Sequence record: OQ031493.1
Direction: 5' to 3' (one strand)
DNA: 64,000 nucleotides
A model generated the notes under the pieces. That model had not been told where the DNA came from, did not search any database, and saw nothing but the letters and a program-made list of their open reading frames with translations. The stretch's first letter is position 1, and each line of letters begins with the position of its first letter. This document shows, one piece after another, positions 54,967 through 64,000 of this stretch. The position numbers and the translations under genes were made by a program.

Positions 54967-55653
54967 TTAATGAATAACTGTTGCAGAAGGACGACATTTC
55001 ATAGTTTTAAAAATGTCAGTAGGATAGATATTACCAGCTTGTCCGAAAGGTTTATCGGCTAGAAGAAACTGCGGACAAACTGTTTGTAGATAACCACTAT
55101 CAGTGGGTAGGAATCCTTCAATATCACTGATGAGAATTTGCCAGATGGGCAATTGGTTATAATAGTCATCCATATTGTAGTATGCGTGGAGTTTACCACC
55201 AAAACCATATACAAATTGACGAGTATCAATTAGGCGAATACCAAATTTAGGTTGGCGTCCCATCCGTTGATCTTCTTCAAATGCACTCAGTAAATCTGCA
55301 ATCTCTACGCCACCCGTGATCTGTTTCACTTCTTTTAATTTTTCAAAAATGGCGTAAAAGGTATTTACTGCCGATTCCTTAGTAATGCAGGCAGTGATCA
55401 CCAGTTCAGGAAAGAGTGGATCTTCTTTATTACATCCACACGTGTAATAAACAACATTGGAACCAATATCACCTTCTCGTTCAACCACGGCAAAAGGTTT
55501 TTTGGATAGTTTCATTTGCTTTTCAATTAACTGTCTGCTATTCTCACGAATAGATTCATATTCGTGACTGGCCTTAAAAATAGGTGCTTTGTAATCTATC
55601 TCTTTTGGTTCTACTAGATCACTTGCCGATTTGATAACTAATGGATTACTCAT
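54967..55653 (-). CDS. hypothetical protein
   Basis: 228 aa, AAGGA RBS. Confidence 0.8.
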   Translation of the reverse strand: MSNPLVIKSASDLVEPKEIDYKAPIFKASHEYESIRENSRQLIEKQMKLSKKPFAVVEREGDIGSNVVYYTCGCNKEDPLFPELVITACITKESAVNTFYAIFEKLKEVKQITGGVEIADLLSAFEEDQRMGRQPKFGIRLIDTRQFVYGFGGKLHAYYNMDDYYNQLPIWQILISDIEGFLPTDSGYLQTVCPQFLLADKPFGQAGNIYPTDIFKTMKCRPSATVIH

Positions 55654-55699
55654 TGTATATTTCCTTTTCTTATATAAGAAAAGGGAGGTATTACCCTCC

Positions 55700-56035
55700 C
55701 TAATTAAGCATTAAATATTTAGGTTCAGTAGTGGCTCGGATCTTAGCAATAAGTGCTTTTTGATCACTAACCTTACTAATGGGATATTCTAATAAACGTA
55801 AATCCATGTCCCGATGTACTAAACCTAACATTGCCTTATTTTGATGACTATTATTACGTAATGCAGCGATATGTTTATCAACTTCATTACTAACAGTCTT
55901 TGAAAGCCCTACCAAATACTTCCCAGTTGCAATGTGTTCAATAACATAAACACCTGCTCCAACTATTTCGCTTCTTTTCCCACGACCGTGCGAAGTACTT
56001 GACCAACTATAACACTTATCATCAACTATAAACAT
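55700..56035 (-). CDS. GIY-YIG-like protein, apparently degenerate
   Basis: GVYVIEHIATGKYLVG...H...L....H.N. Confidence 0.6.
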   Translation of the reverse strand: MFIVDDKCYSWSSTSHGRGKRSEIVGAGVYVIEHIATGKYLVGLSKTVSNEVDKHIAALRNNSHQNKAMLGLVHRDMDLRLLEYPISKVSDQKALIAKIRATTEPKYLMLN

Positions 56036-56078
56036 GGTTAATTCCCGTCCTATAACTATCTAATTGGACGGTCAAGTA

Positions 56079-56441
56079 TTAGCTACCAGTCCATGAATAC
56101 TTATCATAAACTAACCACATTGAATGGATCTTATTGATGATATTGAAAATAGGTTCTTGGACCTCTTCAAAATCACCTAGGTTAGCTGCCAGATTGGCCA
56201 TGTATTGGAATAGCCACTCAATTGACACATCCACTAGATTGGTAAATGGGATACTGGCATATGGGATTTGCTTTGACATACCAAACTGATAAACCTTAGC
56301 AAACCATGCATCCAACATTGCAACATCTGCTTTAAGCATCCAATTAATTTCAGCAGGATGTGCGCCATAGGTGATGTTAAATAAATCACCAGTAACTGTT
56401 TTAACAAGCATTTCCACTTCAGTCGCATTAAATTCAATCAT
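56079..56441 (-). CDS. hypothetical protein
   Basis: 120 aa. Confidence 0.75.
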   Translation of the reverse strand: MIEFNATEVEMLVKTVTGDLFNITYGAHPAEINWMLKADVAMLDAWFAKVYQFGMSKQIPYASIPFTNLVDVSIEWLFQYMANLAANLGDFEEVQEPIFNIINKIHSMWLVYDKYSWTGS

Positions 56442-56442
56442 C

Positions 56443-56820
56443 TCAACCCACCTTTAGTTTACTGCAATATAGTCTAAACTTAAGAATATCCTCTACTAAG
56501 TTAGACCACAGGGTATACCTATTTCGTGATGCATTTACTTCTTCAATCTTAGCATTTATATTTTGGCGAAGAACTTTGTAATGCTGATACGCATTAGTCG
56601 CATGTTTAGAGAACATGATGATAATATCATCAGGACTTTTATTTAGCACATCAGCTAGTGAATCATCATCATATATTTCAATAAGTGTATTAACGATACG
56701 ATGATGAAGATGGGTTAGTAATTGGTAAATATGATATTCGCTACCAATATAATCACCTTTTATAAAAGCTCTTTTACTGTAGAAGATCTGTGCAGTATCT
56801 CTTATGCATTCAAGTTTCAT
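56443..56820 (-). CDS. hypothetical protein
   Basis: 125 aa, ATGA overlap. Confidence 0.75.
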   Translation of the reverse strand: MKLECIRDTAQIFYSKRAFIKGDYIGSEYHIYQLLTHLHHRIVNTLIEIYDDDSLADVLNKSPDDIIIMFSKHATNAYQHYKVLRQNINAKIEEVNASRNRYTLWSNLVEDILKFRLYCSKLKVG

Positions 56821-57029
56821 TGTGCATTAACCTGATGTAGATGAACATAAAATCCATTACTAGGACCACTATTAGATGGATAAACTAACAGATGGTCTCC
56901 ATTAACAGATTCGATTATAACTACAGTACCAGCTTTACATAGTGTAAGATCATAACCGCATTCACCGGTGCTATTAATAATATCTGTATTGACTACAACT
57001 TTGTCACCGGCTTTAAATGAATTTGACAT
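56817..57029 (-). CDS. small SH3-like beta-barrel protein
   Basis: FKAGDKVVVNTDI...AGTVVII. Confidence 0.65.
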   Translation of the reverse strand: MSNSFKAGDKVVVNTDIINSTGECGYDLTLCKAGTVVIIESVNGDHLLVYPSNSGPSNGFYVHLHQVNAQ

Positions 57030-57037
57030 ATACCACC

Positions 57038-57340
57038 TCAGTTATATGCGTGAAGAATATCATCCATATCTGTACATTGTACAGTTTCAATTTGATTATA
57101 ATTGTCGGCATTTAAAACTCTAAAGCCGCCTTCGGGATTACCCTCATCAACGCCTAATACGGTTAGGTCATCTCCTTCATCGGCAAACTTCCATTCTAGA
57201 TAACCATTCTTTTTACAAGTACGCATGATCCAAATATCCTGTGTTGCTTGTAGAATCATACCAACTTGAACTTTATTCTTAGCGATAAGACTAATACCAT
57301 TAGCTAGCGCGTTTGCTAGACAGCTCACTGTTGAACTCAT
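57038..57340 (-). CDS. small SH3-like beta-barrel protein
   Basis: VQVGMILQATQDI...EGDDLTVLG. Confidence 0.65.
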   Translation of the reverse strand: MSSTVSCLANALANGISLIAKNKVQVGMILQATQDIWIMRTCKKNGYLEWKFADEGDDLTVLGVDEGNPEGGFRVLNADNYNQIETVQCTDMDDILHAYN

Positions 57341-57634
57341 TTCTTTTTACCTCTTTACAACTCTTCTCTTCAGTCAGCCATGACTTGTTAAAGATGCTAT
57401 TTATGATAGGATTGAATTTCGGTGATTCTTTCTTTTTCTGATCGGTATCCATCGATATCACCTATATTGATAATTTTATTAATACCAATTAGCGTACTAC
57501 CTAAAACCGCTATAACTAAAAACAATGCTACATATTTCATTCCTTCCATTTGTGATACCTCAGATAATATTTATTTTATTTGGCATGGTTGTTATATAAC
57601 TTTAAATTTTATTATAATAAACTATTACCCCGTA

Positions 57635-57937
57635 TTAAGGTAATAGTTTATTATATTTATTATAGTTATCGATAACCCATTGGCATGACATATGTTTAGG
57701 AGTATCACCTAGTAATTTGGTGTACGTTAGAAAATATATTACTTGGGCTTTGTTAAAGTCCAATCCAGCTTCTTCCCAGATATAACGATACTGTTCAGTT
57801 TTATCACCATGTGCNNNNNNNNNNNNNNNNNNNGAATCAATGTATCGATCCTCACCAGAGAAAACAGCACTTATGAATTTATCAGTATTATCCAACATAT
57901 ACTGAGTCGATTTGATTACCTTATCATTCATTTTCAT
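57635..57937 (-). CDS. hypothetical protein containing a 19-N gap
   Basis: Frame preserved across 57815-57833. Confidence 0.65.
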   Translation of the reverse strand: MKMNDKVIKSTQYMLDNTDKFISAVFSGEDRYIDXXXXXXXAHGDKTEQYRYIWEEAGLDFNKAQVIYFLTYTKLLGDTPKHMSCQWVIDNYNKYNKLLP

Positions 57938-57971
57938 TTGAATATACCTGTTTATATAAAAGGATATAAAA

Positions 57972-57989
57972 GCCTCCCCGAAGGGAGGC
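57972..57989 (-). terminator. intrinsic terminator
   Basis: Same 18-mer as 3922-3939. Confidence 0.8.
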
Positions 57990-57999
57990 CATTATGACG

Positions 58000-58434
58000 T
58001 TACATTGTGAAACGAATTGACACACCACAAATAGGACTATTGTCATCTGTCCAAATTTTTGCAGTACCATCATTTTTAATAGTTAAACAATAACCCCAAC
58101 GGAGATTATTTATTTTAGTGGTATAACCACTTTTGAATACAGCCATGTCTTTATAAAGCTGAGGGATAGTTGGCACTACCTTTGACTGCATTTTACCAGA
58201 TAAATCACGATAGTAGAGTTTATCTACAATCACATTATCAAATTTTTTGTAATCACCAAAGACTTCAGATAGATTAAACTCTACCCCATCTGTTTTCAGT
58301 GGGGCTGTCATAAAACTACCTTGCTCAGTTGTAACCATACTGATAGCAACATCATGGTCTAATAGAAATCGAGTTTCACCAATAGTTTTCTTATATACTG
58401 GGAAACTTCCTAGCGGTTGTAGAACACTCATCAT
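58000..58434 (-). CDS. hypothetical protein
   Basis: 144 aa, AGGAG RBS. Confidence 0.75.
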   Translation of the reverse strand: MMSVLQPLGSFPVYKKTIGETRFLLDHDVAISMVTTEQGSFMTAPLKTDGVEFNLSEVFGDYKKFDNVIVDKLYYRDLSGKMQSKVVPTIPQLYKDMAVFKSGYTTKINNLRWGYCLTIKNDGTAKIWTDDNSPICGVSIRFTM

Positions 58435-58467
58435 TAACTCCTGATTGACGGTCTATAAAATTGACCA

Positions 58468-58914
58468 TTATAAACCTTTATAGCATTCTACGCTAATTTT
58501 CTTTATGGTCATATCAAACTCACTATCAACATACTCATTGTCATGATAGTATTCATCTGAATAACCTATGAGTTTTTTCTGGTTATGATAATTTAAAAAG
58601 AAAATAACACGCATCACAATACAAGCATGTTCGGGATGATTAAGGTATAATTCTTTCTTATTTAGGTCTAAATAAAGTGTTTTTATTTGAACTGGTTCAT
58701 TAGTGAAAACTAGTTTTACAGGGTTATCCAGCTGTATTACTTTGGGTTCACTATTAAAAAATGTATCACCGGGTTCACCTAAGTAATACGTAATTGATTT
58801 AACATAATAGGCTATATCTTCGGTTTTCTCTAACCGGGTTATACAATAGCCGGTTATGACTGAAAGAACAAACAATGATAAAATAACTAATATTATCTCA
58901 GTCACATTGACCAC
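58468..58914 (-). CDS. N-terminal TM protein
   Basis: IILVILSLFVLSVITGYCI helix. Confidence 0.7.
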   Translation of the reverse strand: MVNVTEIILVILSLFVLSVITGYCITRLEKTEDIAYYVKSITYYLGEPGDTFFNSEPKVIQLDNPVKLVFTNEPVQIKTLYLDLNKKELYLNHPEHACIVMRVIFFLNYHNQKKLIGYSDEYYHDNEYVDSEFDMTIKKISVECYKGL

Positions 58915-59194
58915 CCATATAAAGTGTTGTTATATCGATACACTGTGAAACAGAATGTTTACGTGGAATAAATATTTCATCGATGGTTAAATCATCATCA
59001 ATGGGTTGAATACTTTCTAATCTACCAAATCCATCACAGTTAAATTTAAGTGCTGGATAACCTTCAATACCCATGCTAACCCAACTATTTTTATTTTTAG
59101 TTACATGGTTGAATTTAAAATTACGCATCTTTCCTAGAAATTCAATTGTCCATGTAGCATCCTTCTGTTTCTTCAAATGGTAATATTTATTCAT
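58898..59194 (-). CDS. hypothetical protein
   Basis: 98 aa. Confidence 0.7.
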   Translation of the reverse strand: MNKYYHLKKQKDATWTIEFLGKMRNFKFNHVTKNKNSWVSMGIEGYPALKFNCDGFGRLESIQPIDDDLTIDEIFIPRKHSVSQCIDITTLYMGGQCD

Positions 59195-59240
59195 TAGTAT
59201 TCACCATTATTAAGATTAGTTTCATTCTATTAAATAGATA

Positions 59241-59258
59241 GGGGGTCTTTAGACCCCC
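59241..59258. terminator. terminator-like hairpin
   Basis: gggggtct-tt-agaccccc. Confidence 0.65.
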
Positions 59259-59272
59259 ATTTTCATAATTAA

Positions 59273-59692
59273 TTAGAATGCAGAAATGGTCAACTCATTG
59301 CACTTAACGGCAGCGAGTTTTTCCCAATCTTCTTCATGTTCCATCAAGCATTCAATTACAACATGCATGGACCATGATTCACCGTCAATATTTGCAAATA
59401 CAAAGAAACCATCATCAAGCTCAGTGATACCACTAATCAGATTATTTTTGATCAGATAGACCAATTGATCATTAACGATTTTAACTTCATTATCAATGAG
59501 ATGGCTGACATATTTGCTAGTGATATCAAACACTTCTTTTGATGAAAGTGATCCATCGCGTTTGACGGCAGTTAGGCTCCAATTAACCAAAGACGGTGAA
59601 CACCAATGAAGACCATGCACATTCATCAAAACTGGATGTTTGTTATCCATAGCTTTTACAGAATGAGCCCAGTACTTTTCATCAATATACAT
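59273..59692 (-). CDS. hypothetical protein
   Basis: 139 aa, AAGGA RBS. Confidence 0.75.
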   Translation of the reverse strand: MYIDEKYWAHSVKAMDNKHPVLMNVHGLHWCSPSLVNWSLTAVKRDGSLSSKEVFDITSKYVSHLIDNEVKIVNDQLVYLIKNNLISGITELDDGFFVFANIDGESWSMHVVIECLMEHEEDWEKLAAVKCNELTISAF

Positions 59693-59718
59693 TTATATTT
59701 CCTTTTTTTCCAGATTGA

Positions 59719-59997
59719 TTATTTTATTACAATGCCTTCAGCATTGCGTACTGCTTCTTTAGCAAATTGAACATCTCCAAATACATGTTCAATAAACTTT
59801 GATGCATCTGACCCAGCTACATCGCTTGATAGTAGTTTCACAGTCTTGGTAATCTTACCAGGATAATAGAGGATGATATCCCATCCATCACTTTCTTTAA
59901 CAGAGCGAATTTTTAGAATAGGCTCTTCTTTACCAAGGTGTTCAAGACTAACACCACTTTTGACAGCGGCTTCATATACTACATCAGAGATAGACAT
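59719..59997 (-). CDS. hypothetical protein
   Basis: 92 aa, AAGG RBS. Confidence 0.75.
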   Translation of the reverse strand: MSISDVVYEAAVKSGVSLEHLGKEEPILKIRSVKESDGWDIILYYPGKITKTVKLLSSDVAGSDASKFIEHVFGDVQFAKEAVRNAEGIVIK

Positions 59998-60024
59998 ATT
60001 AGTTACCTTCTTAAAAGAAAGCGG

Positions 60025-60258
60025 TCATGCGACCGCATCTTTAATCAGCGAGATAATTCGCGCTGATGGTTCGCGCCAAAATTCAATACGTACATTATTG
60101 AACTGGCTATCGTGATGCATAAAAGCTGACGATTGCTTTGCTGCATCGTGATTCATAATAGAACGTAGCTGGATAATATTTTTGTCTTTGAGTCGGATAC
60201 CATCCAGATCAATGACTTTCAGTCCAGAGTTCATAGTTTTTACAGTTACATGTTGCAT
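60025..60258 (-). CDS. hypothetical protein
   Basis: 77 aa, AAGGA RBS. Confidence 0.7.
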   Translation of the reverse strand: MQHVTVKTMNSGLKVIDLDGIRLKDKNIIQLRSIMNHDAAKQSSAFMHHDSQFNNVRIEFWREPSARIISLIKDAVA

Positions 60259-60716
60259 TTACAATTTCCTTTTAGTTGGATTAAAAATCTGATAAACTAC
60301 TTNNNNNNNNNNNNNNNNNNNNNNNNNNNNNNNNNNNNNNNNNNNNNNNNNNNNNNNNNNNNNNNNNNNNNNNNNNNNNNNNNNNNNNNNNNNNNNNNNN
60401 NNNNNNNNNNNNNNNNNNNNNNNNNNNNNNNNNNNNNNNNNNNNNNNNNNNNNNNNNNNNNNNNNNNNNNNNNNNNNNNNNNNNNNNNNNNNNNNNNNNN
60501 NNNNNNNNNNNNNNNNNNNNNNNNNNNNNNNNNNNNNNNNNNNNNNNNNNNNNNNNNNNNNNNNNNNNNNNNNNNNNNNNNNNNNNNNNNNNNNNNNNNN
60601 NNNNNNNNNNNNNNNNNNNNNNNNNNNNNNNNNNNNNNNNNNNNNNNNNNNNNNNNNNNNNNNNNNNNNNNNNNNNNNNNNNNNNNNNNNNNNNNNNNNN
60701 NNNNNNNNNNNNNNNN

Positions 60717-61130
60717 TTTTGCGATAGCTTTAATGAGTTCCTGTTCAAGTTGCACGAGTTCATCATCTGCGATGTCGCGTGAAACACACATACACCGTCC
60801 TGGTCGTTTATACCAAGTAATGCAGACATCACGCCAAATAAGCGCACCTTCATCGATATCATTGAGCCTGAAAGTCTTTAGCTCGTCAGTGTTAAGAGAA
60901 GGACCACCAGGATAAGGATAAAATCTTTCGTAATCAATTCCACTATATTTCATCACTAGGGCATATAGTGGTGGTTGAACCATTTTCCAATATGAAGCTA
61001 ATTTAATATCCTCACTTGGTACAGATGCCCAATACTCTTTTTCTGCTTCATCCATTTCTTCTGGTTTAGGAAGTCCACCAATCAGGCAATATGCATGTTC
61101 AGCAACTTCAACTAAGCGTGTATTTTTCAT
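60717..61130 (-). CDS. hypothetical protein, 3' end hidden in N gap
   Basis: AGGA RBS; open to the gap 60303-60716. Confidence 0.7.
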
Positions 61131-61725
61131 AGCTTAATCCTAATNNNNNNNNNNNNNNNNNNNNNNNNNNNNNNNNNNNNNNNNNNNNNNNNNNNNNNNN
61201 NNNNNNNNNNNNNNNNNNNNNNNNNNNNNNNNNNNNNNNNNNNNNNNNNNNNNNNNNNNNNNNNNNNNNNNNNNNNNNNNNNNNNNNNNNNNNNNNNNNN
61301 NNNNNNNNNNNNNNNNNNNNNNNNNNNNNNNNNNNNNNNNNNNNNNNNNNNNNNNNNNNNNNNNNNNNNNNNNNNNNNNNNNNNNNNNNNNNNNNNNNNN
61401 NNNNNNNNNNNNNNNNNNNNNNNNNNNNNNNNNNNNNNNNNNNNNNNNNNNNNNNNNNNNNNNNNNNNNNNNNNNNNNNNNNNNNNNNNNNNNNNNNNNN
61501 NNNNNNNNNNNNNNNNNNNNNNNNNNNNNNNNNNNNNNNNNNNNNNNNNNNNNNNNNNNNNNNNNNNNNNNNNNNNNNNNNNNNNNNNNNNNNNNNNNNN
61601 NNNNNNNNNNNNNNNNNNNNNNNNNNNNNNNNNNNNNNNNNNNNNNNNNNNNNNNNNNNNNNNNNNNNNNNNNNNNNNNNNNNNNNNNNNNNNTTTAAAT
61701 AAATTTTAATACTAGTTATGGTTTA

Positions 61726-62085
61726 TTATTTACCAATAGATACAATTACCTCTTTTAATTTACCATGGTCATTAATTGCCATCTGACAAGTGGGGCACGG
61801 ATACGCATCCAATGGCCTGCCATCAGCACCGACCCGCGCAACATAGATCCTATATCCTTTTCCTTTGGAGAGGATGATAGAACGCAACTCACTATGCATC
61901 TCACAACGTAGATCAGACAATCCTGCTTTTAGAGAATAACGTTTCTGAACAGGATGTGTTTTACCATACATATTTTGGCTTTCACTAATAATCCTGCCAC
62001 GCTTATCAGTAATGACTGAATAAACACGTTGACGATGTTTTACATAAGGGATCTCGCGACACTTTTCCAAAGCATAATCCAACAT
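61726..62085 (-). CDS. cytidine/CMP-deaminase-fold Zn protein
   Basis: HSE...PCPTC motif; probable start MLDYALEK at 62085, downstream of an early promoter. Confidence 0.65.
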   Translation of the reverse strand: MLDYALEKCREIPYVKHRQRVYSVITDKRGRIISESQNMYGKTHPVQKRYSLKAGLSDLRCEMHSELRSIILSKGKGYRIYVARVGADGRPLDAYPCPTCQMAINDHGKLKEVIVSIGK

Positions 62086-62128
62086 AATTGATTTACCTAT
62101 TTGAAATTTAGATAGTTTTATCACATTT

Positions 62129-62136
62129 GTAATATA
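62129..62136 (-). promoter_or_regulatory. early promoter core TATATTAC
   Basis: gtaatatactgtttaaaatg context identical to 26028 copy. Confidence 0.75.
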
Positions 62137-62175
62137 CTGTTTAAAATGCTTTAAATACAAAAAAATAAAATATAA

Positions 62176-62196
62176 GCCCTCCCGCAATGGGAGGGC
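62176..62196 (-). terminator. intrinsic terminator
   Basis: Identical to 2232-2252; U-tract on the minus strand. Confidence 0.8.
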
Positions 62197-62209
62197 AATA
62201 TAATAACTA

Positions 62210-62644
62210 TTACAATTTATTCGCCATTTTACCTGGTACTATAACCCAGTGTAAATTACATTTAATGTGTTTATTTTTAAGAGACATTCCTGAGATACAC
62301 ACATCCTCTTTGGTTATGCTAATTTTAAATAAAGCTTCCCATTTATTAGCTGTGATGATTTCATCAACAGTGTGATGGAATTTAAGTGTGTTATCTAATA
62401 CTGAAATATAAAAGTCTTTATTGGGTTGACCTTTAGTTAAATCAATTATTAACCTATTATTTAATTTAGGTGAAAAAGTTGTTAATGTACCATCTTCATT
62501 ATTTTCAGATATATAAGAGCAACCAGTAACAATGAAGACATTATCATTTACACTATTGGCATAAATTATTTTTGGGTGTTTAAAAATATTAATTAGATAA
62601 ACAATAATTGCTGACAGGATTAGTGCAATTACTATATCAGCCAT
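62210..62644 (-). CDS. N-terminal TM protein
   Basis: IVIALILSAIIVYLINIF helix. Confidence 0.75.
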   Translation of the reverse strand: MADIVIALILSAIIVYLINIFKHPKIIYANSVNDNVFIVTGCSYISENNEDGTLTTFSPKLNNRLIIDLTKGQPNKDFYISVLDNTLKFHHTVDEIITANKWEALFKISITKEDVCISGMSLKNKHIKCNLHWVIVPGKMANKL

Positions 62645-62646
62645 TA

Positions 62647-63021
62647 TTAACCCCTATTAACAAAGATAAAATAATCTCGTAGTTCACCAGCTAAATCTAA
62701 TGGTTGATAATTATCACTACCATCATCATAAGGGATATAATCAGCACCTGCTTCTACAGCCGCTAAATATTCTTCCTCACCAACTGCTGGAATTAAATGA
62801 AACGCTGGGCAATCGTCATTATTGCCATCTAGTATATCTAGCATGCCTGTAATGACACTATCTGCTACAGCCCTGTCCCGATCAGCTGGCTCTGTAAATT
62901 GATCAAGTTTAGAGTTATTGATAGCATTATCACGCATATTGACAACACTACTAATAAATAGTTCTTTAACTTGTTCCTGTGTTACAGGTTTAACATTACC
63001 ATCGCCTTCAAAATAGATCAT
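62647..63021 (-). CDS. acidic hypothetical protein, paralog of 63066-63752
   Basis: LDGN...PAFHLIPAV...G..YIP...DLAGELR. Confidence 0.8.
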   Translation of the reverse strand: MIYFEGDGNVKPVTQEQVKELFISSVVNMRDNAINNSKLDQFTEPADRDRAVADSVITGMLDILDGNNDDCPAFHLIPAVGEEEYLAAVEAGADYIPYDDGSDNYQPLDLAGELRDYFIFVNRG

Positions 63022-63065
63022 AATTACATACCTTGTTATCAGTAGCTTATAAATTTATTAGTTCA

Positions 63066-63752
63066 TTAACGCATTATTCGACTGATATCATCAGCTATTT
63101 GTGATTGTATCTTTTCCGCTTTTTCTTTAGCTTTTTCTACTAACATAGCAAGTTGCTCTTGCGTAAAATTACCCGAGTAATACTTAACAGGTTTCTCACC
63201 TGCTAAACTAAGGAAATGGTTCAATAGTGCATGTGGTCCTTTGAAAGGTTCCGTAAATGTCTTAGAAACTTGATAACGTAGATTACCAGAAATATCAACT
63301 GCATCACACTTTGCACGGATATTATCTTTTAAATTTTCAACTGGGTTTACTGGCCAATAATTCTCACCAATACTTATTAGGTAGTCAATATCCTCTTGAG
63401 TAACATTAGGTATAAGTTTGAATCCGGGTATATTTGGATCATTGCCATCTAGGCCAGCTGCGATGCTATATATAAATCCATCAAGCATATCTCTGATAGA
63501 TAGTGCCTTATCTGTATTTTGAGTATCGGTATACTGTTTATGCCAGTAATTACGTGTGCTTTGAAGCCAATTTACAAAGAGAGAAGTTTGTTCCTCTTTT
63601 GTATATTCTCTCGGATCATCTACTTTCTCCCATTCTTTTTGTTTATTTATCTTAGGAGTCTTAGTTTTCTTTACAGGTTGTTCAATCGGTGAATCTGAAA
63701 CCTTTGTTTCAAATCCTATACCAACTATAGTTTTATCGGTTGTATTGATCAT
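63066..63752 (-). CDS. hypothetical protein, paralog of 62647-63021
   Basis: LDGN...PGFKLIPNV...G..YWP...DISGNLR. Confidence 0.8.
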   Translation of the reverse strand: MINTTDKTIVGIGFETKVSDSPIEQPVKKTKTPKINKQKEWEKVDDPREYTKEEQTSLFVNWLQSTRNYWHKQYTDTQNTDKALSIRDMLDGFIYSIAAGLDGNDPNIPGFKLIPNVTQEDIDYLISIGENYWPVNPVENLKDNIRAKCDAVDISGNLRYQVSKTFTEPFKGPHALLNHFLSLAGEKPVKYYSGNFTQEQLAMLVEKAKEKAEKIQSQIADDISRIMR

Positions 63753-63979
63753 AGAACATGAAACCTTTGTATATAGTTTGGTTTTATGCGTTTAGTAAAT
63801 TGCGCTGAATGCTCAATGTAATAAATGCATTTATCATTAAGTGAATACACTGTATAATAGGTTTTAGCACATATATGTCGTATGCCAATAGTAACACATA
63901 TTTCCCAACCGATCTTTGTAAATACATAACCTAACTGATTAGGCTCTATTTCTAAACATCTTTTGTCGAAGTTAACCAT
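63749..63979 (-). CDS. hypothetical protein
   Basis: 76 aa, GAGGA RBS, ATGA overlap. Confidence 0.65.
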   Translation of the reverse strand: MVNFDKRCLEIEPNQLGYVFTKIGWEICVTIGIRHICAKTYYTVYSLNDKCIYYIEHSAQFTKRIKPNYIQRFHVL

Positions 63980-64000
63980 TGTGGCTTCCTCGGAATAGTT

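Noticed and set aside
60250-60915. Long ORFs of mostly X (also 22112-22675, 22378-22731, 22728-23183, 60281-60862)
   Set aside because: Artefacts of translating N runs

Overview
This window is a 64-kb segment of an AT-rich jumbo myophage genome, very likely a phiKZ-like Pseudomonas phage (Phikzvirus). The assignment comes from my recognition of protein sizes, motifs and gene order; no database search was run. The window appears reversed relative to standard phiKZ numbering and crosses the conventional gp001/gp306 junction. (1) 1-14.9 kb: conserved virion module with tail tube (293 aa), contractile sheath (695 aa), three virion proteins (320, 898, 552 aa) and large terminase (717 aa). (2) 15-28.5 kb: minus-strand early/accessory genes with patchy high GC, many small membrane proteins, a bL12-CTD-like protein and DHFR. 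(3) 28.9-42.7 kb: plus-strand nrdAB, a glycine-zipper protein, a processed head protein, a Kelch-like protein and 7 tRNAs (Leu-TAA, Pro-TGG, CAT probably Ile2, Asp-GTC, 2x Asn-GTT, Thr-TGT). (4) 42.8-64 kb: dense minus-strand accessory genes, including a BCS1-like AAA+ ATPase, two tandem ADP-ribosyltransferase-fold candidates, TYW3-like, Ntn-peptidase-like and deaminase-like proteins, and a degenerate GIY-YIG protein. The most interesting unexplained signals are four GC-rich, structured intergenic RNA candidates (15.3, 34.8, 38.4 and 45.0 kb) and repeated terminator/early-promoter cassettes, including an exact 53-bp duplication. Six N gaps are present, and some track ORFs are artefacts of reading through them. 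No CRISPR array, intron, intein or transposase was seen.
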